From an uncultured Chloroflexia bacterium (GTDB lineage Bacteria; Chloroflexota; Limnocylindria; Limnocylindrales; CSP1-4): a stretch of 64,000 bases of DNA. Made by a program: the position numbers and the translations under genes. Positions 51,378-62,096 of the stretch are shown here, in pieces. The notes beneath the pieces were generated by a model. It was not told the origin of the DNA. It was given only the letters and a program-made list of their open reading frames with translations, and made no database searches. Numbering within the stretch: the first letter of the stretch is position 1; each line of letters begins with the position of its first letter. The stretch lies in the NCBI GenBank assembly GCA_963783055.1, contig CAWAMB010000004.1, positions 592,988 through 656,987 on the forward strand, written 5' to 3'.

Positions 51378-52016
51378 TCAGGCTCGCAGCGGCTCGGGCT
51401 CGGCCGCGGCGCGACGCCAGTTGCCGAGCCAGATGATCGCCGCGGAGATCACGACGAAGCCGATCGTGATCGCGACCGCGGTGATCAGGACCTGGCCGTA
51501 GCCGCCGTTCTTCGGATCGAGAAACGGGTACGGATACCAATGGGCCGGGTCGACGCCGCCCCGGATCATCGTCAGGCCGGTCCAGATCAGCGGGAAGACG
51601 ATCAGAGCGCCGATGTCACGCATCACGAGGCGGGTCCGCGGCGGATCGAGCAGCCAGTCGAGGACGACGATGATCGGGAAGATCTTGTGCAGGACGATGT
51701 CGACCCAGACCAGCTGCAGCCCGACCGGGACGTCGCTCAGCAGGAAGATCACGACGAAGAACGTCACCGTGAGGTAGACCGCGGCGCCGGCCCGCAGCAG
51801 CTCGACGCCCCGTGACCGCGGGCCGTTCGGTCGGGCGACCAGCCAGGCGAACGTCGCGACGCCGATCAGATTGCTCTGGATCGTGAAGTACGCGAAGAAG
51901 CGCGTCGGATCGAAGGCGCCGCCGTCTGCCGAGGCCTTCATCTGGGCGACGATCGCGGCCAGGACGAGAAGTGCGGACGCGGCGCGAACGACGCGTAGCA
52001 CGGGCGGGCTGATCAT
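51378..52016 (-). CDS. Pr6Pr-family (FAR-17a/AIG1-like) membrane protein
   Basis: Start at Met30 of the listed ORF; 6 TM; FFAYFTIQSNL motif. Confidence 0.6.
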   Translation of the reverse strand: MISPPVLRVVRAASALLVLAAIVAQMKASADGGAFDPTRFFAYFTIQSNLIGVATFAWLVARPNGPRSRGVELLRAGAAVYLTVTFFVVIFLLSDVPVGLQLVWVDIVLHKIFPIIVVLDWLLDPPRTRLVMRDIGALIVFPLIWTGLTMIRGGVDPAHWYPYPFLDPKNGGYGQVLITAVAITIGFVVISAAIIWLGNWRRAAAEPEPLRA

Positions 52017-52364
52017 GGCCCGATCGTGGCGGGACCGGGATGGGCCGTCAAGATGGCGTCGCGGTCCGCTTGCGTCCAGTGTCTGCACGCCCCGCGTGCA
52101 CATGCGACAAGCTGGCCGACCGGGAGGGCCGAATCCGTCGTGGATGTTCGTGGTGCGTGCACGTCGTGCGGAATCCCAATCCTCCGGCCCGAGTTCTCCC
52201 TAGATCGCGTCGCATGTGCACGCCCCACGTGCACGGCCTCGGCCCGGCCTGGATCGCTCTCGCGGACCGCGCCGTGCAGCGCGACGCTGTCGCGCGATGC
52301 GCAACGCCGGTTCGCCTGATGAAACTCACGAGGCAATGGATTCCGGCCATGTGACGATCCTGCC

Positions 52365-53765
52365 ATGGACGACCGGACCCCAGACACCTCGATCCTGACG
52401 GCCGCCGAGCTCGACTCGATCCGTCGGCCCTATCGCGGCGCCCGCCTCCTGCCGCGCAAGGCCTACCACGACCAGGCGATCTTCGACTGGGAGCGGGAGA
52501 ACGTCCTGCGCCGGGACTGGGTCATCGTCGGCCGGATCGAGGAGGCGGCGGATCCCGGGACCTACTTCACGGCCGAGCTCGACGGCGAGCCGCTCCTGAT
52601 CGTCCACGGCCGCGACGGCACGATGCGTGCCTTCTACAACGTCTGTCGCCATCGCGGGACGGCCGTCGTCAACGAGCCGTGCGGGACGGCCGTCCGCTTC
52701 CAGTGCCCGTATCACGCCTGGATCTACGACCTCGACGGCAAGCTGGTCCGGGCCAAGCACACCGAGGATCTCGACGACTTCAGCTTCGAGGGCTACTCGC
52801 TCCAGACGGTGGGGTGCGAGACGTGGCAGGGCTTCGTCTTCGCCAACCTCGATCCGGATGCGCAGCCGCTGGCGGCCCAGCTGGGCGACCTCGACGAGCA
52901 TCTCGGCCGCTTCGAGTTCGCAGACCTCAAGCCTGCTCGGACGATCACCTACGACGTCGCGGCGAACTGGAAGTTCATCGCCGAGAACTACTCGGAGTGC
53001 TATCACTGCCCGCCCCTCCATCCCCAGCTGAACAAGCTGACCCCGTACGACGTCGGTGGCGACTACGCCCCCGACGGCGCGTGGCAGGGCGGCTGGATGG
53101 AGCTCGTCGCCGGGGCCGAGACGATGGCCCTCGACGGCGGCCAGGGCTCGAAGCACGGCCGCCCGCCGATGTGCGGGATGACCGCCGAGGACGAGCGCCG
53201 GATCTTCTACTACGTGGTCTGGCCGATGGCGTTCCTGTCGATCCACCCGGACTACCTGCTCGTCCATCGCCTGATCCCGGTCGCGCCGGACCGCACCACG
53301 GTCGTCTGCCAGCTCCTGTTCGAGCCCGCGACGATGGCCCGGCCGGACTTCGACCCGTCGGACGCGATCGCCTTCTGGGACCTGACGAACAGCCAGGACT
53401 GGCACGTCTGCGAGATGCAGCAGCGCGGGACGAAGTCGAGGTCGTGGGTGAGCGGCCGGTACTCGAACCAGGAGGCCTCGGTCCACGCGTTCGACCAGAT
53501 GGTCGCCGAGCGCTACGCGGGTCTGCCGTTCAGCGCGCTGCGAACCGTCCGCGAGCGCTACGACCAGCCGGTGCCGAAGGAGGCGCCGATCGGCCAGCTG
53601 GACGTCGGCGCCCACACGCATGACGCGGCGCATGCCCATGACGCGGCCGCCCATCGATCCGCACGAGCACGACCACCCGACGACCGGCCGCGGCTCGCAC
53701 GAGCACACCCATGCCCGGACGACGGCCCGCGCCAAGGCGACCCAGACGACCGCCCCGCGCGACTA
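52365..53765 (+). CDS. Rieske [2Fe-2S] non-heme iron oxygenase alpha subunit (quaternary-amine/aromatic ring-hydroxylating family) with His-rich C-terminal tail; probable frameshift near 53655
   Basis: CRHRG...CPYHAW Rieske motif; mononuclear iron motif (ENYSECYHCPPLH). The listed ORF runs on antisense into the permease gene. An alternative frame continues the His-rich pattern (HAHDAA..PIDPHEHDHPTTGRGSHEHTH) to a TAG at about 53763, giving a clean convergent boundary. Confidence 0.7.
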
Positions 53766-53782
53766 GGCTCCGCGGGGAGGGT

Positions 53783-54604
53783 TCAGGCCGCGGGCGCGTC
53801 CTCGACCGCGAGCGACGGTCGGGCAGGGCGGAACGCTCCCAGCCGCCAGGCGAGGAACAGGATGATCGACACGACCGCCACGATGATCGTGGAGATCGCG
53901 TTGATCTCCGGCGTGACCCCGAACTTGATCGAGCTGTAGATGTAGATCGGAAGCGTCGCCGAGCCGACCCCGTAGTTGAACGACGTCACGACGAGGTCGT
54001 CGAACGACAGGGCGAACGCGAGCATCGCGCCGGCGATGACCGCCGGCAGGATCAGCGGCACGGTCACGTAGCGGAAGGCGCCCCAGGCCGACGCCCCCAG
54101 GTCGCGGGCGGCCTCCTCCAGCTCGGGATCCATCCCGGATGCCCGTGCCCGGACGGTGACGGCCACGTACGAGATGCAGAACGTGATGTGGGCGATCGAG
54201 ATCTGGCCGATCGAGCCGATCGCCCCGAACAGCTGGAAGAAGAAGATCAGGAGGCTGATCCCGAGCAGGATCTCGGGCGTCACCATCGGCAGGAGGAGGA
54301 GCGTCTCGACCGGGCCGCTGCCGCGGAACCGGAGGCGCGCCAGGCCGAGCCCCAGGAGCGACCCGAGGATCGTCGACACGATCACGGCGATCACGGCCAC
54401 CTCCATCGTGACCCGGAGGGCGTCGAGCAGATCGTCGTTGGCGAACAGGCGGGGATACCAGTCGAGCGTGAAGCCGCGCCAGATGAAGGACCGACGCCCC
54501 TGCGAGTTGTTGAAGCTGTAGATGATCAGGACGACGATCGGGGCGAAGAGGAACCCGTAGATCGCGACGGCGAATGCGGACAGCCAGCGGTTGCGCCCTT
54601 TCAT
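53783..54604 (-). CDS. ABC transporter permease (PotC-like)
   Basis: Start at Met23 (MKGRNRWLSAF); 6 TM; EAA-like loop (EEAARDLGASAWGAFRYVTVP). Confidence 0.8.
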   Translation of the reverse strand: MKGRNRWLSAFAVAIYGFLFAPIVVLIIYSFNNSQGRRSFIWRGFTLDWYPRLFANDDLLDALRVTMEVAVIAVIVSTILGSLLGLGLARLRFRGSGPVETLLLLPMVTPEILLGISLLIFFFQLFGAIGSIGQISIAHITFCISYVAVTVRARASGMDPELEEAARDLGASAWGAFRYVTVPLILPAVIAGAMLAFALSFDDLVVTSFNYGVGSATLPIYIYSSIKFGVTPEINAISTIIVAVVSIILFLAWRLGAFRPARPSLAVEDAPAA

Positions 54605-54617
54605 GGGGCGACTGCCG

Positions 54618-55490
54618 TCACGCGAACGTCTCCCGCCGCAGCGAGCGCAGCGCAAGCAGCGTCCCGCCAAGGGTCACCACCATCAGGATGAACCCGAGAG
54701 CCGATCCGTACGGCCAGTCGCGGCCGCTCGTGAACAGGACCTGGATGATCTTGGCCGCGGTCGTCGTCTGGGCGCCGCCGAGCAGGTCGGGCGTCACGTA
54801 GTCGCCGATCGCCGGGATGAACGTCAGGAGCGACGCCGCGATGACGCCCGGCATCGTCAGCGGCAGCGTGACGTGGAGGAACGCCCCGCGGCCGCTGGCG
54901 TACAGGTCACGGGCGGCCTGGACGAGGTTCTGGTCGAGCCGGTCGATCGACACGAACAACGGCAGGATCGCGAACGGCAGGAATCCGTAGGTCATGCCGA
55001 GGATCACGCTGATATCGGTGTTCAGGAGGATCAGCGGCTCGTCGATCAGGCCGATCGTCCGAAGGATCTCGTTCAGGACGCCGTTGTCGCGGAGGATGAT
55101 CATCCAGGCGTAGGTCCGGATGAGATAGCTCGTCCAGAACGGCAGCATCACGAGGATGAGCAGCAGGATCTTGCGCTGGCCGCCGTAGCGCGAGATCCAG
55201 TAGGCGATCGGATAGCCGAGGGCGATCGACAGGACCGTCGTGATCAGGGCGTAGCGGATCGAGTTGGCGAATGCGGGGAGGTATTCCGGCCGTGTCGCCT
55301 GGGCGTAGTTGTGGAGACCCGGGTTCTCGAGCAGGATGTTGCCGCTCGCGTCGCGGGTCCCGAGGCTGACGATGAAGATGAACGCGAGCGGGACGAGGAA
55401 GAACAGCGCCAGCCAGACGACGCCCGGAGCGACCAGGACGGCCGCCCCGAGCCGGGCTCGGATGCGACTCCCGAGCGACCGCTGGATCAC
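54618..55490 (-). CDS. ABC transporter permease (PotB-like)
   Basis: 290 aa; 6 TM; VQAARDLYASGRGAFLHVTLP EAA-like loop. Confidence 0.8.
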   Translation of the reverse strand: MIQRSLGSRIRARLGAAVLVAPGVVWLALFFLVPLAFIFIVSLGTRDASGNILLENPGLHNYAQATRPEYLPAFANSIRYALITTVLSIALGYPIAYWISRYGGQRKILLLILVMLPFWTSYLIRTYAWMIILRDNGVLNEILRTIGLIDEPLILLNTDISVILGMTYGFLPFAILPLFVSIDRLDQNLVQAARDLYASGRGAFLHVTLPLTMPGVIAASLLTFIPAIGDYVTPDLLGGAQTTTAAKIIQVLFTSGRDWPYGSALGFILMVVTLGGTLLALRSLRRETFA

Positions 55491-55496
55491 GCCTCC

Positions 55497-56741
55497 TCAG
55501 GCCTTGAGCGCGTTCCAGCGCTGGGTGTACTTGTCCTCGTCCAGCCCGAGCTGGAGGAGCTCGACGAGCTTGTCGAGCAGGGCGAGATCGGGGTTGACGT
55601 TCGGGTCCTCGAGGATCTCCTTGGAGATGAACTCCATCGCCGCGGCGTTCGGGCCCATGTAGCCGATGTAGTTCGTGTTCGCGGCGCTGACCTTCGCGTC
55701 CAGGTTGAAGTTGATCCACATGTTGGCGGCGATCGGGTGCTTCGCGCCGGACGTCACGACCATCGTGTCGGAGCCGCGCACCGCGCCCTCCTGTGGGATG
55801 ACGTACCTGACGTTCGGGACGTCCTCGTACATCTGGTAGACGTCGCCGGACCACGTGTGGCAGATGATCGCCTGGCCGAGGATCATCGTGTTGATGTGGT
55901 CGGTCGTGTAGGTCCGGACGAGGGGCTTCTGCTCCTCGAGCAGGGCGAGCATCCGGTCGATGTCGGCGTCGCTCGTGGAGTTCGCGTCGAGCCCCAGCCG
56001 GAAGGCGGCGACGGCGAAGCACTCGCGGTTGTCGTCGAGCATCGCGAGCTTGCCCGAGTAGGCCGGATTCCAGAGGGACTCCCAGCTGGTGAGATCCTCC
56101 TTGATCTTGTCGCCGTCCCAGCAGAAGCCGGTCGTCCACCACATGTACGGCATGGAGTGGACGTTGTTGGCGTCGTAGCCCGGGTTCTGCCACTGCGCAC
56201 CGAGGTTCGTGGCGTTCGTGAGCAGCTGCGGGATCAGCGGCTGGACGATCCCGTCCTTGACGAGCCCCGGGACCTCGGTCGAGGTCGGATACGCGACGTC
56301 GTAGCCGCCGCCCTTCCCGTCGATCCGGATCTTGGCGAGCATCGTCGCGGCGTCCGGGAACTTCTCGTAGTGGACCTTGATCCCGGTCGCGTCCTCGAAC
56401 TCCTTGACCGTCTTCTCGCCGATGTACGCGTCCCAGTTGTAGATGACCACCTCGCTCTCGGGGGAGGGGATCGGGGTCGGGGCGGCGCTCGGCGAGGCGA
56501 CCGGCGGCACGGAACCGGGCGCGGACGGCGCCGGTGCGACGGACGCGGGCACGGACGGCTGCGGCGTGGCGGCCGCGCCGCACGCGGCGAGGATCGGGGC
56601 GAGCGCGGCCAGCGGCCCCACCTTGGCCGCCGTCTCGAGCAGCTGCCGCCGGGTCAGGCGGTGCTCGACGAGGGCGCGATAGAAGGTCAGCTCGAGATCG
56701 TCGGTCGGCGACGCGCCGGACCGGGCGACGGGATCGTTCAT
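55497..56741 (-). CDS. ABC transporter periplasmic substrate-binding protein (PotD/PotF-like), Tat/lipoprotein signal
   Basis: Start at MNDPVARSG with AGGAGGA RBS; RRQLL twin-arginine motif; LAACG lipobox; polyamine/quaternary-amine SBP fold. Confidence 0.75.
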   Translation of the reverse strand: MNDPVARSGASPTDDLELTFYRALVEHRLTRRQLLETAAKVGPLAALAPILAACGAAATPQPSVPASVAPAPSAPGSVPPVASPSAAPTPIPSPESEVVIYNWDAYIGEKTVKEFEDATGIKVHYEKFPDAATMLAKIRIDGKGGGYDVAYPTSTEVPGLVKDGIVQPLIPQLLTNATNLGAQWQNPGYDANNVHSMPYMWWTTGFCWDGDKIKEDLTSWESLWNPAYSGKLAMLDDNRECFAVAAFRLGLDANSTSDADIDRMLALLEEQKPLVRTYTTDHINTMILGQAIICHTWSGDVYQMYEDVPNVRYVIPQEGAVRGSDTMVVTSGAKHPIAANMWINFNLDAKVSAANTNYIGYMGPNAAAMEFISKEILEDPNVNPDLALLDKLVELLQLGLDEDKYTQRWNALKA

Positions 56742-57877
56742 GCCGGGATCTCCTCCTGCGCAGCGGGCTGTTCGGCGAGCACCAGGGCATCGCCGGGCAG
56801 CCAGGTGACATCGACGGCGCCGCCGACCGGAATGCGGTCGCCGGCCTTGGATGCAAGGGCCGTGATCGACAGTCCGCCGGCCGTGCGGACGAGGTACTGG
56901 ACGTTGCCCCCGAGGTAGGCGACCTGCTCGATCGACCCGGGGATGGACCCCGGGTCCGAGCTGCCGACGCCGCCGTCCCGGGCGGCGAGGGTGATCGTCT
57001 CGGGGCGGATGCTGAGCTCCACCTTCCGGCCCGCGCTGACTCCGGCCGCGGCTGCGGTCTGGCACGTCTCGCCGCTCGAGAGGCGGATGACGGCGCGCCG
57101 ATCGTCGACCGACTCGACGGTTCCGGTCAGGAGGTTCGACGTGCCGATGAAGTCGGCCACGAAGCGGGTCTGCGGTCGCTCGTAGAGCTCCTCGGGCGTG
57201 CCGAGCTGCTCGACCTTGCCGCCGCGCATGACGGCGATCCGGTCGCTCATCGTGAGCGCCTCTTCCTGGTCGTGGGTGACGTACACGAACGTGATCCCGA
57301 CCTCGACCTGGACCCGCTTCAGCTCGATCTGGAGCGCCTTGCGGAGCTTCAGGTCGAGCGCGCCGAGCGGCTCGTCGAGGAGGAGCACGTTGGGCCGGTT
57401 GACGAGGGCGCGGGCCAGCGCGACGCGTTGCTGCTGCCCGCCCGACAGCTGCGACGGCTTGCGCTTGTCGTAGCCGCCGAGATGGACGAGGTCGAGCGCT
57501 TCGCCCACGCGCCGCCGCGCGTCGGCCTTGTCGACGCCCTTCCGCCGGAGCCCGAACGCGATGTTCTCGTGGACGTCGAGATGCGGAAAGAGGGCGTAGC
57601 TCTGGAACACCATGTTGACCGGCCGCTTGTCCGGCGGGTCGGTGGTGATGTCGCGGCCACGGAGCTCGATCCGGCCGGCGGTCGGGAGCTCGAAGCCGCC
57701 GATCATCCGGAGCGTGGTCGTCTTGCCGCAGCCGCTCGGGCCGAGCATCGAGAAGAATTCGCCGGTCCGGATGTCCAGCGACACGCGGTCGACCGCGTGG
57801 ACGTCGCCAAAGTGCTTCGTCAGGTCGGTCAGGCGGATCTCGGGCGTCCCGGCTGCGTCGTCGGCGCGGTCGATCAT
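56738..57877 (-). CDS. ABC transporter ATP-binding protein (PotA-like)
   Basis: Walker A GPSGCGKTT; signature LSGGQQQRV; Walker B LLLDEP; C-terminal TOBE-like domain; ATGA overlap with the SBP gene. Confidence 0.85.
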   Translation of the reverse strand: MIDRADDAAGTPEIRLTDLTKHFGDVHAVDRVSLDIRTGEFFSMLGPSGCGKTTTLRMIGGFELPTAGRIELRGRDITTDPPDKRPVNMVFQSYALFPHLDVHENIAFGLRRKGVDKADARRRVGEALDLVHLGGYDKRKPSQLSGGQQQRVALARALVNRPNVLLLDEPLGALDLKLRKALQIELKRVQVEVGITFVYVTHDQEEALTMSDRIAVMRGGKVEQLGTPEELYERPQTRFVADFIGTSNLLTGTVESVDDRRAVIRLSSGETCQTAAAAGVSAGRKVELSIRPETITLAARDGGVGSSDPGSIPGSIEQVAYLGGNVQYLVRTAGGLSITALASKAGDRIPVGGAVDVTWLPGDALVLAEQPAAQEEIPA

Positions 57878-58031
57878 CGGGGCGAGCCTAGGCGACGATT
57901 CGGGAACGCGTCCGCCGTAGTCCCGGATCGCGCAACCCCGAGGTCACGACAGGGGCGCTTGCGGCGCGACCGCAGGCCGGCACGGCGGGATGTTGACCGA
58001 TTCCGACAGGATTCCGGCGTAGGATTCGTGC

Positions 58032-59054
58032 ATGACGACGACCTCGATCGAGCACGACCACGATCCCGGCTCGGACGCCGCCTCGGAACGCGTCTCGGCC
58101 CTCGAAACGTCCGCCTCGGAGCCGATCGAGACCGGCGGCTCGCGCGTCCTCGTCGGAACGGCGTCCTGGACGGATCCGACGATGACGGCGTCGGGCGTCT
58201 TCTACCCGAAGGGGGCGGACAACGCCGAGGAGCGGCTCGCCTACTACGCCTCGTCGTTCCCGGTCGTCGAGGTCGATGCGACGTACTACGCCCTGCCCGC
58301 CGAGCGGACCGCCCAGCTGTGGGCCGAGCGAACCCCGCCCGACTTCACGTTCGACATCAAGGCCCACGCCCTGATGACCGGCCAGGGGACCGAGACGAAG
58401 CGGCTGCCGAAGGCGATCCGCGAGGCGCTTCCGGCCGAGATGCAGGAGAAGACGCGGATCTACGCGAAGGACTTTCCGGACGAGCTCCACGACGAGGTCT
58501 GGCGGATGTTCCGCTCGGCCCTGGCGCCGCTCGAGGAGCGCGGCCAGCTCGGCTCGATCCTCCTCCAGTACCCGAAGTGGGTGTTCCCGTCGAGCGAGAA
58601 CCGGGCCCTGATCCGCGACGCCGTCGAGCGGCTGGACGGCTGGAAGGTGGCCGTCGAGTTCCGCAACGGGTCGTGGCTCAACGAGAAGAACCGCGACCGG
58701 ACGCTGGCGTTCCTGTCGGAGCGGTCGGTCCCGTTCGTGATGGTCGACGAGCCGCAGGGCTTCAAGAGCAGCGTCCCGCCGGAGGTCGTCGTGACGTCGC
58801 CGGATCTGGCGATCGTCCGGTTCCACGGCCGCAACACGGCGACGTGGGAGGCCAAGAACATCACCCCGGCGGAGCGCTTCCGCTACCTCTACTCGCGCGA
58901 CGAGCTGGCCGAGTGGGTGCCCCGGATCCGCGAGGTGGCCGACCAGGCGAAGGAAGTCCACCTGATGTTCAACAACTGCTACGCCAACTACGGGACGACG
59001 AACGCCCGGGAGATCGCCGACCTCCTCGCCCTGGAGCTGGCCGAGGCGAGCTGA
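58032..59054 (+). CDS. DUF72 (YecE-like) family protein
   Basis: 340 aa; ATYYALP, FEFRNGSWL and HGRN motifs typical of DUF72. Confidence 0.7.
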   Translation: MTTTSIEHDHDPGSDAASERVSALETSASEPIETGGSRVLVGTASWTDPTMTASGVFYPKGADNAEERLAYYASSFPVVEVDATYYALPAERTAQLWAERTPPDFTFDIKAHALMTGQGTETKRLPKAIREALPAEMQEKTRIYAKDFPDELHDEVWRMFRSALAPLEERGQLGSILLQYPKWVFPSSENRALIRDAVERLDGWKVAVEFRNGSWLNEKNRDRTLAFLSERSVPFVMVDEPQGFKSSVPPEVVVTSPDLAIVRFHGRNTATWEAKNITPAERFRYLYSRDELAEWVPRIREVADQAKEVHLMFNNCYANYGTTNAREIADLLALELAEAS

Positions 59055-59120
59055 GACGCGTCGGCGGTCATGAGGGCAACGGGCCGCTACGCCGACCATC
59101 CCGCGCGTCATCATCGCGGC

Positions 59121-59933
59121 ATGCCATTCGAACCGGCCGGCCCGGCGGAGCTCGACGACGTCGCCGAACGGCTCGGCTCTCGGCTCCGGGCGGCTGAGCC
59201 GGTCGGTTGGGGGACCGCGCGCGCCACGCATCGATTGTCCCTGGCGGACGGCCGGTCCTTCGCGGCGCGCCGGTTCGCGGGACCCGGGCGAGGCGCTGAC
59301 GCGGAGCGGGTCGGGCGGATCATGGCCCGGCTGGGTCGAGCCGGCCTGCCAGTCCCGACGCCGACCGTCGTCGAGACGCCCGAGGGCCCCTGGCTGCTCA
59401 CCCCCTGGATCGAAGGCGAGACCGGAGCGACGTGGCTCGGAGACGCCGACCGAGCCCGCCACCTGGCCGAGCGGATGGGCCGGCTGGCGAGCCGCCTTCG
59501 GAGCGTCGAGCTCGACGCCGATCCACTCGAGGGCCATCGAGGGACAGACCGACGGCCCGGGGCCACGCTCGGGGCACGCGCGTTCGTGCACGGCGACTTC
59601 GCTCCGATCAACGTCATCATCGGGGCCGACGGGGAGATCGGCGCGCTTCTCGACTTCGAGCACGCCGGCGAGGGTCCTGCCCTCCTGGACGTCGCCTGGT
59701 GGGGCTGGGTCGTCCGCCATCACCATCCCGAAGGATGGGCGGCCGCGTGGCCAACCTTCCTCGCGGCCGCCGGCCTCGAACCAGGCGACGTCGACGTTCG
59801 CCTCCACGCGCTCGCCCTGAAGACGCTGGCCGACCGCGTGGCCGCCTCGCGCGACCGCGCGGAAGGGGAGCGCTGGCGCCAGCGCCTGGCCACCGCCCGC
59901 ACGTGGGCCGTGCCCGGGGATCAGGCAACGTAG
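59121..59933 (+). CDS. phosphotransferase (APH/choline-kinase-like) family protein
   Basis: Start at Met18; HGDFAPINVII and DFEHAG Brenner/DFG-like motifs. Confidence 0.65.
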   Translation: MPFEPAGPAELDDVAERLGSRLRAAEPVGWGTARATHRLSLADGRSFAARRFAGPGRGADAERVGRIMARLGRAGLPVPTPTVVETPEGPWLLTPWIEGETGATWLGDADRARHLAERMGRLASRLRSVELDADPLEGHRGTDRRPGATLGARAFVHGDFAPINVIIGADGEIGALLDFEHAGEGPALLDVAWWGWVVRHHHPEGWAAAWPTFLAAAGLEPGDVDVRLHALALKTLADRVAASRDRAEGERWRQRLATARTWAVPGDQAT

Positions 59934-61206
59934 GCGATCGTCTGCGGTCCCTGCGGCAGGACGCAGATCCGGGCGTCCGGTTTCTCGTGCAGCAAGCGCT
60001 CGACGGCCTCGCCCACGTCCGCGATCGGCGCGAGATGGGCCGCTCGCACCTCGTCGTCGGTCAGTCCGTCGCACCGCACGAGGACGTCCGCCTTCATCTG
60101 GACCCGTGGCCTGGATCTGGACCTGCCACTGGTCGGGGATCGTGACCGGTGACGCGGCGATCCGCTCGAGCAGGTCGGCCGGCGACGGCCGCGCATGCAG
60201 CAGCTGCCCGTACGAGCCGTGGTCCGGGAGGCCGTCCCGGCACTCGGCCGCGCAGACGATGGTGCCCGCCGGGCTTCACGATCTCGGCGGCGGCCGACAT
60301 GCCCTTGACCGCCTGATAGAGGTTCTGGTCGAGCGGATAGCCGCTGTTGGTCGTGATCACGATGTCGAACGGCGCCGGAACGGACCGCATCGCCTCGCGT
60401 CTCGCCGCGACACAGGCGGCGGCATGCATCGCCAGCGTCTCGCCCGCGAAGGCACGCGTGATCCGTTGCCGGTCGTCGAGGAGGACGTCGACCGAGAAGT
60501 CGACGCGGGTCGCGGCGGCGATCGCCCGAACGGCGTCGTGGACCGGGTTCCCTCGATGACGCCCCAGGTCGCCCTCGGGTCGCCGATCCGCCGGGCGTTA
60601 TGCAGCGCCAGCATGGTCTCGAGCCCGGCCAGGCCCGGCGCGACCATCTTCGGCCCGCCGCTGAACCCGGCGAAGAAGTGCGGCTCGACGAACCCCGTCG
60701 TGATCCGGAGGTCCGCCGCGAGCCATTCACGCGCGAGGAACAGCGGGACGTCGCCGACGTAGCCCAGGTCGACCAGTGCCGGTGGCATCGCGCGCGTCGT
60801 GATCGACGACCCGCCAGCGTCTCCATCACGTCCGCCCCGAGCATCTCGTGCCGCTCCCGGGTTGTCGAGGCCCGGTGGGTCCCGGTCGCGATCAGAACGA
60901 CGACGTCCTCCGGCCGGACGACGCCGTCGAGGACCTCCATGAGCGCCTCGAGCATCACCTGGCGCGGCTGGGGCCGGGTGACGTCGCAGACGGAGATCGC
61001 CACGCGCTGGCCGGACCGGGCATGTCGCGCAATCGCGGTCCCGCGACGGGGCTCGCGATCGCGGCCAGGAGGGTGGCCCGCTCGTCTCCCACGGCCTCGC
61101 GCGGCCGCGGCGTGATGACGGTCGTGGCGGCGGCCGGCAGCCGGACCGACATCCCTCCCGACCCGTACGCCAGGCGGACGTCGATCGCGTCGCCGTTCAT
61201 GGACAC
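59921..61206 (-). pseudogene. LarA-like (lactate racemase N-terminal domain family, DUF2088) gene disrupted by at least 4 frameshifts
   Basis: Family segments are spread over three frames: N-terminus MSMNGDAIDVRLAYGSGG (60955-61206); VCDVTRPQPRQVMLEAL; ITTGFVEPHFFAGFSGGPKMVAPGLAGLETM (60357-60788); FDIVITTNSGYPLDQNLYQAVKG (60094-60429); C-terminus ARICVLPQGPQTIAYVA. One junction is a G-run indel (cccggcgGgcacc). Confidence 0.65.
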
Positions 61207-61210
61207 TGAC

Positions 61211-62089
61211 TCAGTCGCCGATCAGGCGGCAACGGTTCGTCAGGCGTCCGATGCCCTCGATGTCGACGACGACCTCGTCACCATCGCCGAGGAACCGGGG
61301 CGGATCGCGGAAGACGCCCACCCCGCCCGGCGTCCCGGTCGCGATGACGTCGCCTGGTTCGAGGGTCATGAACCGCGAGCAGAAGGCGATCAGCTCGGCG
61401 ACGCCGATGGACCATCTCGGCTGTCCGTGCGTCCTGGACGACCTCGCCGTTGACGAGGCAGCGGATCCCGAGCACTCCGGGATCGGCCAGCTCGTCTGCG
61501 GTCACGATCCACGGTCCCATCGGGCAGAACGTGTCGAGGCTCTTGCCGCGCACCCACTGGCCGTCGCCGAACTGCAGGTCGCGCGCGGAGACGTCATTCA
61601 GGCAGCTGTAGCCGAGGACGTGGTCGAGCGCCCGCGCGGTCGGGACATCGCGCGCGGTCCGGCCGATCACCACGGCGAGCTCGGCCTCGTAGTCGACCTG
61701 CCGCGTGTCGGCCGCCCGCCACGCGATGTCGGCCCCGTCGCCGATCAGGCTGCTCGGGAACTTGGCGAAGACCACCGGGTCCGCCGGCGCCGTCGACGCC
61801 CTCTTCGGCGGCGTGCTCGCGGTAGTTCCGGCCGACGGCGATGATCTTGCCCGGCCGGGTGACCGGGGACAGGAGGGCGACGATCGGCTCGAGCGGCGGG
61901 CCGGCGCGATCCCGCCCGACTCGAGGCCGTGCCGGATCGCCGCCAGGGTCCCGTCCACGTCGCCCAGCAGGCGCGCCATCGTCCAGGGCCCCTTGCCGAC
62001 GAGATCGTCCACGTCGACGATGGCATCAGCTCGCCGATCGCCACGGCGAGCCGCTCGCCGTCCGGAGTCGCCCGGGTCAGGAGCCGCAT
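61211..62089 (-). pseudogene. fumarylacetoacetate hydrolase (FAH)-family hydrolase (2-keto-3-deoxy acid hydrolase-like), multiple frameshifts
   Basis: N-terminus MRLLTRATPDGERLAVAIGE (frame of 61745-62161). The core DYEAELAVVIGRTARDV...GKSLDTFCPMGPW is in the frame of 61278-62012. The C-terminus [26 protein letters not shown]...CRLIGD is in a third frame, ending 4 nt before the LarA-like start. Confidence 0.65.
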
Positions 62090-62096
62090 GGCATCG

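Noticed and set aside
57888-60074. 728-aa minus-strand ORF
   Set aside because: Antisense to the well-supported DUF72 and phosphotransferase genes; composition is RGRGRR-type artefact.
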